In this document: positions 13,052 to 25,774 of the stretch, one piece after another | Numbering within the stretch: the stretch's first letter is position 1 | How the letters are laid out: the number at the start of each line of letters is the position of its first letter | From: Squalus acanthias | Taxonomy: Eukaryota | Direction of reading: 5' to 3' | Assembly (NCBI GenBank): GCA_030390025.1 | Contig: CM059440.1 | Span: forward strand, 52,080,001 to 52,144,000 | Length of the DNA: 64,000 bases | Made by a program: the position numbers and the translations under genes | Notes under the pieces: generated by a model | Database searches by the model: none | Seen by the model: only the letters and a program-made list of their open reading frames with translations | What the model was told of the DNA's origin: nothing

Positions 13052-13479
13052 GTCCCCCCTTCCAACCCCCGGAAAGGACCCTTAAAGTGGGGTTGGAGAG
13101 TGTGCTCTCTACGCTAAATAGTGTGATAAGCTGGTGGGTTTATAGTATGTCAGAAACGCATATAGGTTTTTCCAGATCAAACAGCACGAATGATGAAGGT
13201 TTACCTGTAACCCTCCCCCCCAATTTGTTCTATACTTCCCCCCCCCTAGGCCTTTGGCTCATTGCATGCGGGCACATGATGATGGCGTGTCTGGTGAACC
13301 TCCTTCCAGCTTGGTACCTATCCGGTTTCCTTTTACCATCATTAAATTCAATTCACTGTTCCGGTTTTCCAATTCTGCCCCGCCTGGGGTATCCTCTGTT
13401 TCTTCTATCTTTCCTGATGTTACCCCGCCTGGGGTCTCCTCTACGTTGCTTCGGATCTTCTCTTTCGGTGTGCTCAATT

Positions 13480-14040
13480 AATTTGTTAGTGCTGGTTAGT
13501 CATAGGCATGAGTACCCAATTGGCTTATGTATCTTACTACATAGGTTACATATATCAAGTACACTATCATTGCAAGTTGGAGAACTACCAGAGCGTGTAA
13601 AATAATATGAACCTAAGGACGTGCTGATGTATTAAGCCCAATATCCCACCAATGTGTGTTGTCCCTTATGCTTTCAATTTCAAAATCTATTCTCGAGTTG
13701 TCTTGTTCCAAAACATAAAAATGCTTTAGGGAGGAGTTCAGTCGCATCACGAGCTCACTGAAACCCTCAAACAACAGGGGAATGTCATATCCGAATTGTG
13801 CCACATAATTGTGCAGCTCATACTTAAAACGTGTTGGTTGATGGGACAGGTCCTGTTAGACCCGTGAAGCATGGTAGTTGCGATAGTTGTGACACAGGAG
13901 GCACCACCAAAACCACCTCATACTGGATTCGTACTGGTTTTTCCCACACTCTGTTACCTACAAAACACAATTATTACAGTCACAGTTAAATTCAGTCTTA
14001 CAATCATTTCAAGCGACATTACAGTTTAACATCTAATCAA
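13480..14040 (-). pseudogene. env C-terminal remnant of provirus 1
   Basis: AQFGYDIP..LKHFYVLEQ..HWWDIG..SARP*VHIILHALVVLQLAMIVYLIY aligns with THFGYLIP..QKHFYTLEQ..PWWNLF..VPSWIRIASHILVVCQVFIVIYLL of the env at 59770-62121. Confidence 0.8.
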
Positions 14041-15789
14041 CAAATCATGGACTTAAAAGATTCTCCAGATCTCTCTTTTACTCGTATCCATCTTGTGGAT
14101 AATTCTTACTAAACATGATTTCTCCTTAGCCCTCAATTGTCCCAATCCAAATTCCAGGTAACTCTCCACTTCAACTTCAATTTCAATCCCTCTAACAGGT
14201 ACCAGTGTGTTTAACTCTATTCTGATTGTTTCATTAATTAGATAGTTTCTTGATGGAGTATGTGTCAATGCTTTAAAAGTTGTCTCACTCTCCTGAGCCA
14301 CATTAATTTTTCATGTCTTGCTGTTGTCAAGTAACTGAGCATGTCTGAGACCCGTTCTTCAGTGCAGATTCACCATGCATTTCCAGATGGTAATTGCTTC
14401 ATACGTAACAAATCACATTTGCACACTCATATCGGTATCTCAATATCGTGCCACACGTGCCATCTGATACAAGCCTTTCTCGGGCTTTCAGGTATCTTAT
14501 CAAAAGATTGTAGTCATCTGGAGATTTTTGCTCATCTTCCTCTGCATGGTTCTGATGTCTTGGGTAGTGGTCGGGCTATCAAATTCAGTTTTCTTAAAAG
14601 TTCATTAAAGGCAGGGACACAAATGTCTCCAAGAGAAAGCTATCAATTTAGTATTCTTAACTACACTTTCCTGACTTTCACTAGAAAGTTTTGAAAATTC
14701 CCATTCAGTAGTGTAATTCTCCTGTTTCAATCTTACACCCTCAATCACTTTCCTTTAATTACCATTCATATCCCATTCATGAATCCTGGAGAAACTTTAC
14801 TGTCCAGTACAATATTTAAGATTGAAAACATAGATCAAACATTCTCACTAGGTCCAAGTTATTAACACTTTTTATTCATCATTATTTTAGAGGATATTTT
14901 ATTTTTCCAAAAGTAACCCAATATATAGTGCCTGAGTCCATTTTGTTATTACAACATTATCCCAAAATCCAAACAGCAGTATTATTGAACTGACAGGTTT
15001 TGTCAATGTTCAATTTCATTTCTATCAATTTATCCTATCAATTTCAATTTCAGAAACAAGTGATTCCCAGGCTAGATGGCTTACACAGTGTTTTAACATT
15101 AGAGACAGAAGTGCTGCAATTAGTTTACAAGGTAACTTCCACATAACAAAAGAAAGAAGATAATCCATTGTGACTCTGCTTAAGAGCCCAAGGGGTTAAT
15201 TTATCAAATCATAATTTTCCTTCTGTCACTGTGGGGAAATATTAACTTAAAATTAAGAAACTTAAATTTAATAATGTCCAATATCTTTAAATTTCATTCA
15301 GCAATACTTAAGTTGTTGCTTGGTGAACTTAAACAGCTGTCAGTGGAAAGGGTTAACTCCTTTGCAAGTTTTTAAGAAGGCGGAGCGAAACATTGTCAGG
15401 CGCACGCAATTGCGTCACTTCACGTAAATTAAAAAAAAACTTTCCTGATCGAAAAAGACAGTTGTGTTTTGACACTTTAACTAAACACGAACAGAACAGA
15501 TAAAACAAAACAAAATAGCACATTCTTGCAGAAAACAGTAAATTACGTCATATTTCTTATTGTCCTTTCTTCAGATGTCTTTCCAAAATACTGTAAAAAC
15601 ATTGAATACAACTGGAGAAAAATTAGTTTTTCACATTTAAACGAATCAAATCAAACTGCTTTGTAAGGTTTCACCATAGCAACCGCAACTCCAAGGTTAA
15701 ATCTTAGACTGAAACATAATCTTTTGTTAAACAAACTTTTTGTTATTCTTCTCAGTTTTTACACACCAGCTTAACTTAAATTGTAGTTC

Positions 15790-16930
15790 AAAGTTTTTTT
15801 TTCTTGGGGCACAATCTATTGCAGCCACACATCGTGGCATTGCCTTCGCTACTGGATCCCTCTTGGTGGAGTAATACGCAACGGGTCTCTGTTTCCCTCC
15901 GTGATCTTGCATTACCACGGCTGAATAACTTCCTTGGTCCTCGTCACAGTACAAGTGGAAGGGTCGGGTATGGTCTGGCAGTCCTAGGGCAGGGGCTGTT
16001 ATTAATTCCTGTTTAAGGGCCCTAAATGCTTCCTCCTGCTCTGTCTCCCCCCTTTAACGAACCGTTGAATCGGCTCTGCTTTCCCTGCAAAGTCTGATAT
16101 AAAATTCCTGCAGTAGTTAAATAGTCCCAACACTTTCCTCACTCCCCAGACAAAAATGAGAAGTCGCACAACACCAGGTTATAGTCCAACAGATTTATTT
16201 AATTTTACAAGCTTTCGGAGCTGTCGCTCCTTCCTCAGGTAAGTTAGCAGTGAGAGAATCTCCCAGAATTCACAATTTAAACACAGACAAAATCTATTCA
16301 AATATTTCCCTACATCAAAGACACACTAAGAGCACAGCCAAGACAATGAGATGTGTCCCAGGGGGTCCAACGTGTCAAACCACCTGCTGGCTGCATATCC
16401 TGTCAATATGTGTTGGTTCTTGTGTTAGTCTTTTTAAAAAAAAAAAACCACCTGGGAAGACCGGCCATGATGTCAAGTCACGTTCTGTATCGTCACTGAC
16501 AGACAGTCACTGGCCTTGGCCTGTCTTTTATGGCTGCCTTTTGTTCCTGTGGGAGTGCCTTATACCCCTGGTTAATTTTGTGTCCTAGATACTTTACTTT
16601 GGACAGTCCAACCTGTGCCTTTTTGGGTTCAATTTAAAGCCAGCTTTCTTAAGTGTCTGGAGGGTGGCTAGTAATGCTCCCATGTGTCGTTTGGCATCCT
16701 CTGATGCAATCATTGTGTCATCGACATATTGGAGTAGGGCACTCTGATACTTTGATAGGTCTAACTCGTCTAAGGCTTGACTCAGTACACGGTGGAATAT
16801 ATTTGGACTATTGTGGAACCCCTGCAGGACCCTGGTCCATGTATCCTGTCTATCCCTGACAGTAAAGGCGAATTTCCCTTGTGATTCCTCTGTCAATGGT
16901 ATGGACCAGAACCCGTTCTGTATCCAAGAC
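15790..16930 (-). pseudogene. pol remnant of provirus 1 (RT core and tether/degenerate RNase H)
   Basis: Translates as KFAFTV..TWTRVLQGFHNSP..LLQYVDD and YCDEDQGSYSAVVMQDHGGKQRPVAYYS; interrupted by a Penelope-like insert. Confidence 0.85.
16156..16510 (-). mobile_element. Penelope-like short element with hammerhead motif
   Basis: Shares agtcgcacaacaccaggttatagtccaacag...ctttcggagct..ccttcctcagg with copies at 35.9, 46.0 and 50.9 kb; right boundary approximate. Confidence 0.65.
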
Positions 16931-17531
16931 TGTAAATATTTTAAAGTCTGGTTTCAGACCATTAAATATTTTATTCAATGCGGTCTACACAAATTTACAC
17001 CAACCAGAATTTCACCGTGACCATTGTGAAAGTCTGGTTTTAATAGGTTAATTAACCTCAATAACTCCAATTCAATCCAGATCAATTTTTTTTTAACTAA
17101 CCAGTATCACTTGGAAAAGAAAGAAACCATAGCCACATTAACAAAGAAACAATTACCCATGCCTTGTAAACATTCAAATTCATTTTCTTCCAGGCACATT
17201 GGCAACAGTGACTTCAAGGCTGAAGCTTATCTTTTGTAAAACAATTAACAAACTTAAAACAACACACGCTTGTCCATCCTTCAAGACAAGTCTTCAAAGG
17301 GTTAAACAGCTTTTAGCTCTCTGTACGAAAGAGTGGGTGGAGCTAAAACAAAAATGACAGACACTTTTAAAGACAGACTTTCAGACCGAAGAAATACTGT
17401 AACTTCTTAAACATTCACAGTCAGGGAAACTTTCATTCTTTTCACTCACACTTTTACACAAACTAAGATCTCAGCATTCCCTTTAAGATTCCTTTCACTC
17501 AACAAATCCTGGATTTTACTTATTTTAGTCT

Positions 17532-19926
17532 TCAAGAGATGGGGAAATCTTTTCCCCGGGCCCCGTCACCGGCTTGGTCTGGCTCCAGTGTCTCCATCTC
17601 TTGGTTTGACAAGCCCCCCTTGGGTTGTCCCTGAGGGCCTGAAGCGGGTCGGGTCGGTCCCTGCCCCTCTTTACCTCCACCCTGTCGGTAACAGTTGGCC
17701 TGTTGATGCCCTAGCCTCCCGCAATTAGTACACTTAACTCTCGGCTGGGTGCAATCATTAACCACGTGGCCCGGTGCGTTACAATTGTAACAGAGTCGAA
17801 CCTCGTGTATGACTGCTACAGGCTCTGTTTTAATACCCTGGGCTGCTTTGGTGGACCAGGGCAGAGAAGTTGGGGTGGGGCCTTGACGGGTGGCATAAAG
17901 GTCCGCCTGGTGAAGCTCAAAAAGTTGACTAGCCCACTCCCGGATTCCGGCCTCCGTGGGCTGGGGGCTGATCCCCAGTCGGAGGGCGGTTTGGTCGGGC
18001 TTTTCCAGCCCCTGGAGTAGATTATCTAAGAACCGTGGGTCGTCGTGATTAGCGGGAATGTTATTCGTCTGGCCCCAGTGCTCATACTGCTCGATTACTC
18101 GATCAATATACACAACGGGGTTTTCTCCGGGACTCTGTCACAGTGCCGTTGCCCAGTCCGGCCTGAGCCCAAGTTTTCAAACCATCGAATTGGATCTCAT
18201 ACTCCGCTGCCGTGACTGGGGCATTTAGGACATGGGGTCTCAACGTCCCATAAACCATAGAGGGACATTTCACCTCAATAATATCTTTTGGGGGAAAAAT
18301 TCAGTTGGTTGCGCCTCCTGTTAGCGCCTTAAGAGGGCGCTAATGGGGCGCAAAGCATCTAGCGCCCAGGCGCGGCGAAGTTTGCGCCGCTCGTGAAATT
18401 AACTAGACATTTTGCGGCGGCGCTAAACACTACCGCCACGATCTCCTGCGCCGGCAGATCGTGACGTCAGTCGAGTGCGCAACACCCCGGTATCGCCCCG
18501 GAGCGGATATTGAGTGGCGCCCCCTGCCTTACCGCCTGACGCTAGCAACGACAGGTTGAGGGGAGCGTTCTGCAGTCATGAAGGGAAAGGGGGAGCACTA
18601 TTTAAAGGTGACCGCTTCCTGCCTTTTATTGTTGGTGCCATTTTTGAACTACACATTCTGAGAGAGAGAGGGAGAGACTTCTGGAGAGATTCAACGTTGT
18701 GTGAAGGAGTTTTGGGTACTGAGCAGCACTTTGCAGGTTCATTTTGATTTGCCATTCCTTGTATCGATTTAGAAGAGACTGTGGGGGCTGCACTCTGAGC
18801 TCTTTGCCTGGTACTCTCCATTGTTCTTTCCAGCAGATTTGATGTACAGGTCTCTCCAGGCCGAGATTCAAGGCTGCAATGAGCAGGATGTGGATGGAAA
18901 GCAAGATTAACCATCCCCTTTAAGAACTGGCCCGTGCCATTGTGTGTGTGTTCCATTGCTGACTGACATTACATGAGCTTCGCCAGCGCTCTGAGGTAGC
19001 GCCTCGCTCCTCGGCCTTTGCGCCTTAAGACAGGTGTGAAGCGCCTGATTTAGCGCTCCAATCACCTCCAGGGGCGATAAAAGTCAAGTTTGCAGTCGGT
19101 GGCGATAATTAGCGCCAGGCGCTAATCTTTGCGCCCGGCCGATAATTGCGCCCCAAATGGGGCGATACTGAATTTCTCCCCCTTTATGTCTTGTATGGAC
19201 AAATTAAATTGCCGAGCAGCACTTTGTATTTTTGCCCATACTTCGATGTTAGGATTGTATCTTTTGAGGTCGGGAATGAGGAGGATGACGCTGGATCTCT
19301 CCTGGGGCGTAAAAGGCTGAGCCTCGCCCATCGTACCCCGTCCACCTATCTCTGCGTTTTGGGCTCCTACCACCGGATTAACTCGGACGGGGCCATGGGG
19401 TTGGGTTTTCCTGCCCCAGACTGAAGCGGTACAGTGGGATAGATACGAGTGTATTCAGGGGGGGCACATGGGTTGGGTGGCCTCGACTCGTTGAACCTCT
19501 ACGGTCCCCGATGGGGGCCGGGGATCTAAGGTCTGCGTGTCTCGAGGCTCTTGTTGTAGAGCCTCGACAATGTCACCCCAGTTTTTTAAGTCGTCTCGAT
19601 TCTCAGTCCCTGGTGACTTGAGGTGCAGGAGGCTACTGACTTGGGCTTTAGCCTCCTGCACGGGTCTCAAGAATTCTTGTAACGGGGCCGGTCTCCCCCC
19701 CCCCCCCCCCCCCCCCCTTGTCCACGATTATAGGTCCCATCTGATCCATCCAACTAGTACACAAAACCGCCCCGTACTTGGTTTGTTTGTCGTCCTTTTG
19801 TTCCGCCCACCACTTTATTTGGTCAACTACTGGGCTTGATTCTTTCCACCCCTTTTTAACCATCTCACTTTGAAGTTTCAAATTAGCCTCTCGGACCTGT
19901 TGAACGACAGTGACACTGGTGGCCAT
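17532..19926 (-). pseudogene. gag of provirus 1 (frameshifted, interrupted by a Harbinger MITE)
   Basis: Collinear ORF pieces 19648-19926, 19455-19670, 19183-19373 and 17532-18113; two CCHC knuckles, CYNCNAPGHVVNDC and CTNCGRLGHQQANC. Confidence 0.8.
18290..19182. mobile_element. Non-autonomous Harbinger derivative (internal deletion of the 37315-41460 family)
   Basis: TIRs gggggaaaaattcagt / actgaatttctccccc; TSD TTT on both sides; both halves align with the two ends of 37315-41460. Confidence 0.9.
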
Positions 19927-20315
19927 AGCCAGAACGTCCGGTGAAAGAGGTCTCCTATGTGACCTGTATTAATTGTTACGTATATTCTTATACTCTATCT
20001 TATACTTTATCGGTACAAACGAATCACCTTATACTCTAAATCAGAAATTAGTACTTATCACCTTCCACTCTAAATCAGAAATATACACTTATGTCTAATC
20101 AATTCCGTCAGTCCGCGGTCTCCGTGAGGAATAATTTAATTTGTGGGTACTTTTATACTGCCTGACCCATACACGGTTTTAGCCCCACCGGTGACGAGCG
20201 AGTCCTTGATCCTCCTAGAAGCCTTACTCTGGCTTCTTCCCTTAGGACACGACACGGTTCTCGCCTTAGCCGTCACTTCCAGTGTCTTTTAACTCCTATA
20301 ATCCTTAACTGCAGT

Positions 20316-20333
20316 GTCCCACTTCTGACACCA
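20316..20333 (-). promoter_or_regulatory. Primer-binding site complementary to tRNA-Leu
   Basis: Minus strand TGGTGTCAGAAGTGGGA lies 2 nt after the LTR; it is complementary to the tRNA-Leu 3' end ...TCCCACTTCTGACACCA. Confidence 0.85.
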
Positions 20334-20335
20334 AC

Positions 20336-21063
20336 TGTTAGATTCGAATTTGGAGAAACCTCAGGCGGAGACGGAATTGAGGACAAGTTCAGAATTTATT
20401 AAAACAAGCAAAAGACTTGTGCACAAGGGAGAGCCACTCAGCTTCCTCAAGCTAGGGGTGCACTCTCGAGGGACAAGTAACGGTTCATTGAAGTTATACA
20501 CTTCTATAAGCACCGCCCACTTACTACAGAATGGGGGCGTACACGTACAAACAGTGTCACTACAGTTACTCTTTATTGGTTATGTGGTTAGTCACTCAAC
20601 TGTCGGGCCCTCCCCTTGAACTCGGATACCCCCTGACCATGCCAGTCTCATCCTACTCCCCACATTCCTGCTGTTATCTCTTCCCCTTTGTAGGCATAGT
20701 TTATAGTTTGAGAAAACATATTTTATCCTTAACTGTCGAACAAGCGGGATGGCTCAAGGCCGTAATGGCTTATGTGCCCAGTGACTGGAACAGTGTTGGT
20801 TGTTAATTGCACCCTTATCTCTTGGGAGGCCAGGCTGTGTTTTGACAATGGCTCTACTGAGGCTGTGAATACGCACATTCCGAAGTTTGAAAAGGGAAGG
20901 GCGTCTTGCAATCTACAAATGTGCTTTAGTTAGCTAAAGCTACTCTATGGGTAAAATAGAGGGTTAATGTAGTCAAGTATCCCAGAATTCTTTGGGAACA
21001 AGCTGGACCTTTCAGTAGTAGTCAAGTATCCCAGAATTCTTTGGAAACAAGCTGGATCCTTCA
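20336..21063 (-). repeat. 5' LTR of provirus 1 (terminal about 46 bp tandemly duplicated)
   Basis: Direct repeat of 12357-13051; gtagtcaagtatcccagaattcttt...ttca occurs twice at about 20969-21063. Confidence 0.92.
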
Positions 21064-21403
21064 CCTGCTACCTCCATAACATCACCCACCTCATCCTTGC
21101 CGCAGCCTGTCTGCAGCTGAAACCCTCATGCAGGCCTTTTTTTAAATCTCTGGACTTGAGTATTCTAATGCTCTCCTGGGCTCCAACCTCCATAAAATTC
21201 AGCTCAACCAAAACTTTGCTATTTGTATCCTATCCTGCACCAATTCCTGCTTACCCATCACCCCTGTGCATGCTGACCTACATTGAATCCTGGCCCCTAA
21301 TGCTTCAAACGAAAAATAATCATTCTTGTGTTTAATTTCATTCATGGCATCACCGCCCTCTATCTCTGTAACCTCTTGAAGCCCTACAACCTACCCAACC
21401 CTG

Positions 21404-21487
21404 CAAATGCAAGTTGTTGTTGTATATAAATGCAAGTTGTTGTATATAAATGCAAGTTGTTGTTGTATATACATGCAAGTTGTTGAT
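21404..21487 (+). repeat. Tandem (aaatgcaagttgttgtatat)-like repeat, retroposon tail
   Basis: Four imperfect copies visible. Confidence 0.7.
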
Positions 21488-22711
21488 TGAACAAGTCAGA
21501 GCCACTGATTTACATTGAGTCAAATATGCTTTTATGACACGGTATTAAGGGAGCTTTAACGGTCTTTTGGCCCTGAATTATGTGATTATGGCCATATTCA
21601 TGCATAAATCTTTAGCTATCTACTCAATTTTATCTAAAGAAAATTTGAAGCTCAGGAGGGAAGGTATTTCAGATTGACGGTAAGCTGGAGGCACGTAGCA
21701 GTCCTGGTGGGTCATGTGGTTTGGTATTATTGGGAGGGTGGTGCTGGGATCTGGAAGTAATGGAACAGGAGTGGGCGTATGTTGGGAGTTGAGAGTATCA
21801 GGAAGGGGGATTTTCTGTGAAGAGAGGTAGTGGTGGGAAGAAGTTCTGGGTTGTGACATTCATGGGAGTGTGGTGCTGGGTGTGGGAGTGGGGAGATGAG
21901 AGTCGTAAACGTGGTCATAAGTTCTGGAAGCAACTGGTGCTGGGGGCCAATGTCTGGGTACATGGGGGAGGAGGGGGGGTGCTTTGGTCTGTGAGCACTG
22001 GGATAGGTGGGGTTTGGGAGAACTCGGGAGGGGTACCAGGTACTGGGAGGACAGATATTGGGAGAATTCTGGAGTCAGGGAATATGAGGGGAGGTTGTAG
22101 GGTCTGGGTATATAGGGGACAGATGATTCCTGGGTCAAGGGAAGTGAGGAGGGGAGTTCTGGGCTGTCAGCGTGTTGGGTGATCCTTGAGTGAGAGAACT
22201 GGGGGGGGTTTCTGGAAGCTTTGAGTAGTGGGAGGGGTATTGTGGGATCTGAGATGGTCCTGAACTGTGGGATAGGGTTCTGGAGCTGAGGAAGAGTGGG
22301 GAGAGGATTATGGGATATGGGAGGAGTGTGGAAGTTTGGGGTAAGGGTTTGGTATCATTTGGTTTCTAAGTTCTGACAGGGTTGAGAGGGACCAGGGGAT
22401 GACAGGGTTGATGGATAGATGGCTGAGGAGAATGTGGCCTAAAATCCGCTCAACCCCTTTGAGGCTGTCAATGACTATGCCATTGCTGGCCATCAGTCAT
22501 TTCAATTTCAATGACCTTAAAATTCAAAATGCTCTGATGACTGGATGGGCAATAGGGCAGTGGAAGCCCAAAAAGGATTGAGACAGGTCAAGTGCACATT
22601 AAGCTGCAGAGACTAAAAGAGACAGGACAAGAAGAACTGTCTGGCTGATGGCTGGTAACAGCGTACCCAAGTAGAGCTGAGATGGGTTGGACTGGCAGAG
22701 GCTGAAGCGAA

Positions 22712-23165
22712 ACAACAACAACAACTTGTATTTATATAGCGCCTTTAACATAGTAATACGTCCCAAGACGCTTCACAGGAATATTAGAAGACAAAAAATT
22801 TGACACCAAGCCATATAAGGAGAAATTAGGGCAGATGACCAAAAGCTTGGTCAAAGGGGTAGGTTTTAAGGAGTGTCTTAAAGGAGGAAAGAGAGGTAGA
22901 GAGGTAGAGAGGCAGAGAGGTTTAGACAGGGAATTCCAGAGCTTAGGGCCTAGGCAACAGAAGGCACGGCCACCAATGGTTGAGCGATTATAATCAGGGA
23001 TGCTCAAGAGGCCAGAATTAGAGGAGCGCAGATATCTTGAGTGATTGTGGGGCTGGAGGAGATTACAGAGATAGGGAGGGACGAGGCCATGGAGGGATTT
23101 GAAAACAAAGATGAGAATTTTGAAATCGAGGCAATGCTTAACCAGGAGCCAATGTAGGTCAGCGA
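22712..23165 (-). mobile_element. L2-like LINE 3' end
   Basis: Translates as STIGGRAFCCLGPKLWNSL; tail ggcgctatataaatacaagttgttgtt. Confidence 0.8.
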
Positions 23166-23582
23166 TGTAGGAAGAGGGCGAAGAGGCAACACTTTGGGAT
23201 GGAGAAATGTGAAGGACGAAGCAATCAGGCGAGACGGCAGTTGGAGTCGGAGAGAGAGGGAGGAGTTGACGGTTAGTGTTGGGAGGAGGTGCCAGGAAGC
23301 AGCATCAGGGACCAGGTGGATTTTGGGGTTGGGGGAGAGGTGGTAGGAGGTGCCAGTCAGGCAGCAGAAAAACAATTTAAAAAATACAACTTCATGGGAG
23401 GGAGAGAGCAACTTCCGAACGGACCTGAGTGACTCAGTTCAGAGGACGACTTTGGGAGTGAGACACATGGCAAGAATTAGCCAGCCTGTCGGCGGGAAAG
23501 AGAAAAATATGATTTAAAAAAAGCAAGTTTAACTGTGACAGAAAGTCATTACAGACAGGACAGAAATGGAAAAAATAGAAAA

Positions 23583-23900
23583 AGAAAGACTCGCATTTCT
23601 ACAGTGTCTTTCACGACCACCTAATGTCCCAAAGCACTTTACAGCCAATGAAGTACTTTTTGGAGTGTAGTCACTGTTGTAATGTAGGAAACACAGCAGC
23701 CAATTGGTGCACAGCAAGCTCCCACAAACAGCAATGTGATAATGAACAGATAATCTGTTTTCGTGATGTTGGTTGAGGGATAAACATTGGCCAAGACACC
23801 GGGGATAACTCCCCTGCTCTTCTTCCAAATAGTGCCATGGGATCTTTTACATCCACCTGAGAGAGCAGACGGGGCCTCAGTTTAACGTCTCATCCGAAAG
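23583..23900 (-). mobile_element. Deu-domain SINE, 5'-truncated
   Basis: Reverse complement of 3430-3748. Confidence 0.85.
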
Positions 23901-25774
23901 TGACAGGAAAATGTCCTGAGAAGTCAATGTTACATTTACAAGAAACATGTCACATGACTTTTAGTATGCTCAGGATCAAAAAGAGTGAGACCGCTTGTAA
24001 ACCCAATTAAACTTGTGAGGCTGTCTTTATTCTTAAGAATGAGATGAAGTAGAGTGTGTATGAGAATCGCAAAAAAGACTAAGCACAATTATTTGAAAGC
24101 GGTGAAACATGAGATAGAAATGGAATGCATTCCAGGGAGCAGCAGATTGCACAACATAAGACATTTGTATCACGATCATCGTAAACCGTGCCTTTGGCGT
24201 TTGTTAGTTTTCTTGGATTTTGTATAACCCACTGGCCTTTGAAATGTAATATAGACGTATACCGATTGTTGATTCTCACTCAGTACTTGCAGTGGTTAAT
24301 TCTTCAGGGAAGAAACTCTCAGCAATGCAGCGTGGAGGGTCCATCAGTGTTTTCATCTGTTGGCAAAGAAGTGGACGCTCAAAGAAATAAAAGCACCCCC
24401 TTGAAGTCCGCAGTTCGAATATCACAAAACATACTGGTACATAGGAACGATTTGAAGGCTGCAATGTCATCTCAGAGTTATACACCACTCAAGCTTCACT
24501 CTGGGAGTTTATGACATCATCTGAACCCCTCTATGAGTTTACTGCCATGTAATTACTTCCAGCTCTCCACTACCTAACATGTGCTGGACACAGGACCTCC
24601 CCAGTGTCTCAGTCTCCAAGCACTTTTTGTAGCGCTGAGCTGATCAAATTAAAGAAGCCCCCAGGGTTGATAGTTTCGAGGTTCTTGCTGAAACAATCAA
24701 CAGGAATGGATGCAACTGACCTCAGCTTCCTGGGCAATCGGAGCAAAAGAGAAACATCCGAGATTCCCATTCCTGATCCCTCCTGCAGTGCAGATGCCCG
24801 ATAAGGGTAGCGTTGGGCTTACCCCGCAGTCGAATAGTTTACCGGCAGTCGCTGCACAAAAAGAATAGGCACTTGGACAACAACAACCTGCATTTCTGTA
24901 GTGCCCCTCACATACAGGGTCGGCCGTGGCTCAGTGGGTAGCACTCTTGTGTCTGGGTCAGATTGTTGTGGGTTCCAAGTCCCTCTCCAGAGATTGAGCA
25001 CAAAAAATTCGGCTGATGCTTTGGTGCTGCACTGACACTGCCTTCATTTGGAAACCTTTTTAGCTGATTGCTTGTACGCGCTCCCTCCCTCTTTCCCTCT
25101 CGCTCTCTCACGCGCTCGCTCTCTTTCCTCGGCTCATTTCCTTGTAGCACGTTCTGCTGCTGGGTCGGCCTGCTGGCCAAATTGGGGCCACGCGGGCGGC
25201 TTTTATCAATGTGCAGAAAGGTCCACATCTTGTTCTGGTCTGAATTGGGCAAAGGCGTCTTGAATTGGGTTGTGGGCTTGAGCCTGTTTTAAGCAGCCGG
25301 GCCTGGGAGAGGAGAAAAAGCTGCTCCCTAATTGTGTGTATTTTGAGGCAGGAAGGAGCAGCGTTTTTAAAGCAGTGAGTGAGTGGGTGAGCGAGGTAAG
25401 GAAGGGTGGAGCTAATGGAGTTTTGAAGGTTGAGGCAAGGGGAAGGCAATGAAGGGTAGGGCTTGTAGTTTGTGTGTGTGGGAAGCCTGAGGAACAAGAG
25501 AGCAAGGTGGGGAAGGGGAGAAAGGAATATTAAAGGAAACACAAGCTAGACGACAGGACTGCAAGCCTTTAGGTAAAGGGAAAGCCAATCAGCAGATGCC
25601 TACCCTACTACTCTGAAAACGCCCGATCGTGCCATGAAGGAATGCTCTGTTTTATAAAGGTAGAAGAATAAATCTGAAAGAGTATTTTAAATATAGACTA
25701 AAAGAGCATTATGAGGCTTTGTGGTTCCATTATTCTGAAAGGAATTTAAGGATGATATTTTTTAATCAGTATTT

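Larger units (their letters stand above)
12357..21063 (-). mobile_element. Decayed env-bearing endogenous LTR element (lokiretrovirus-like provirus 1)
   Basis: Two LTRs with TG...CA ends; 4-bp TSD CCTG (12353-12356 and 21064-21067); tRNA-Leu PBS; PPT; gag, RT, tether and env remnants in retroviral order. Confidence 0.88.

Noticed and set aside
21404-21487. CRISPR-like array
   Set aside because: Eukaryotic context, no unique spacers; it is a retroposon tail tandem repeat.
21700-22420. G-rich stretch with several short Pro-rich minus ORFs
   Set aside because: Strand-biased low-complexity DNA with no recognisable domain or clear repeat unit.
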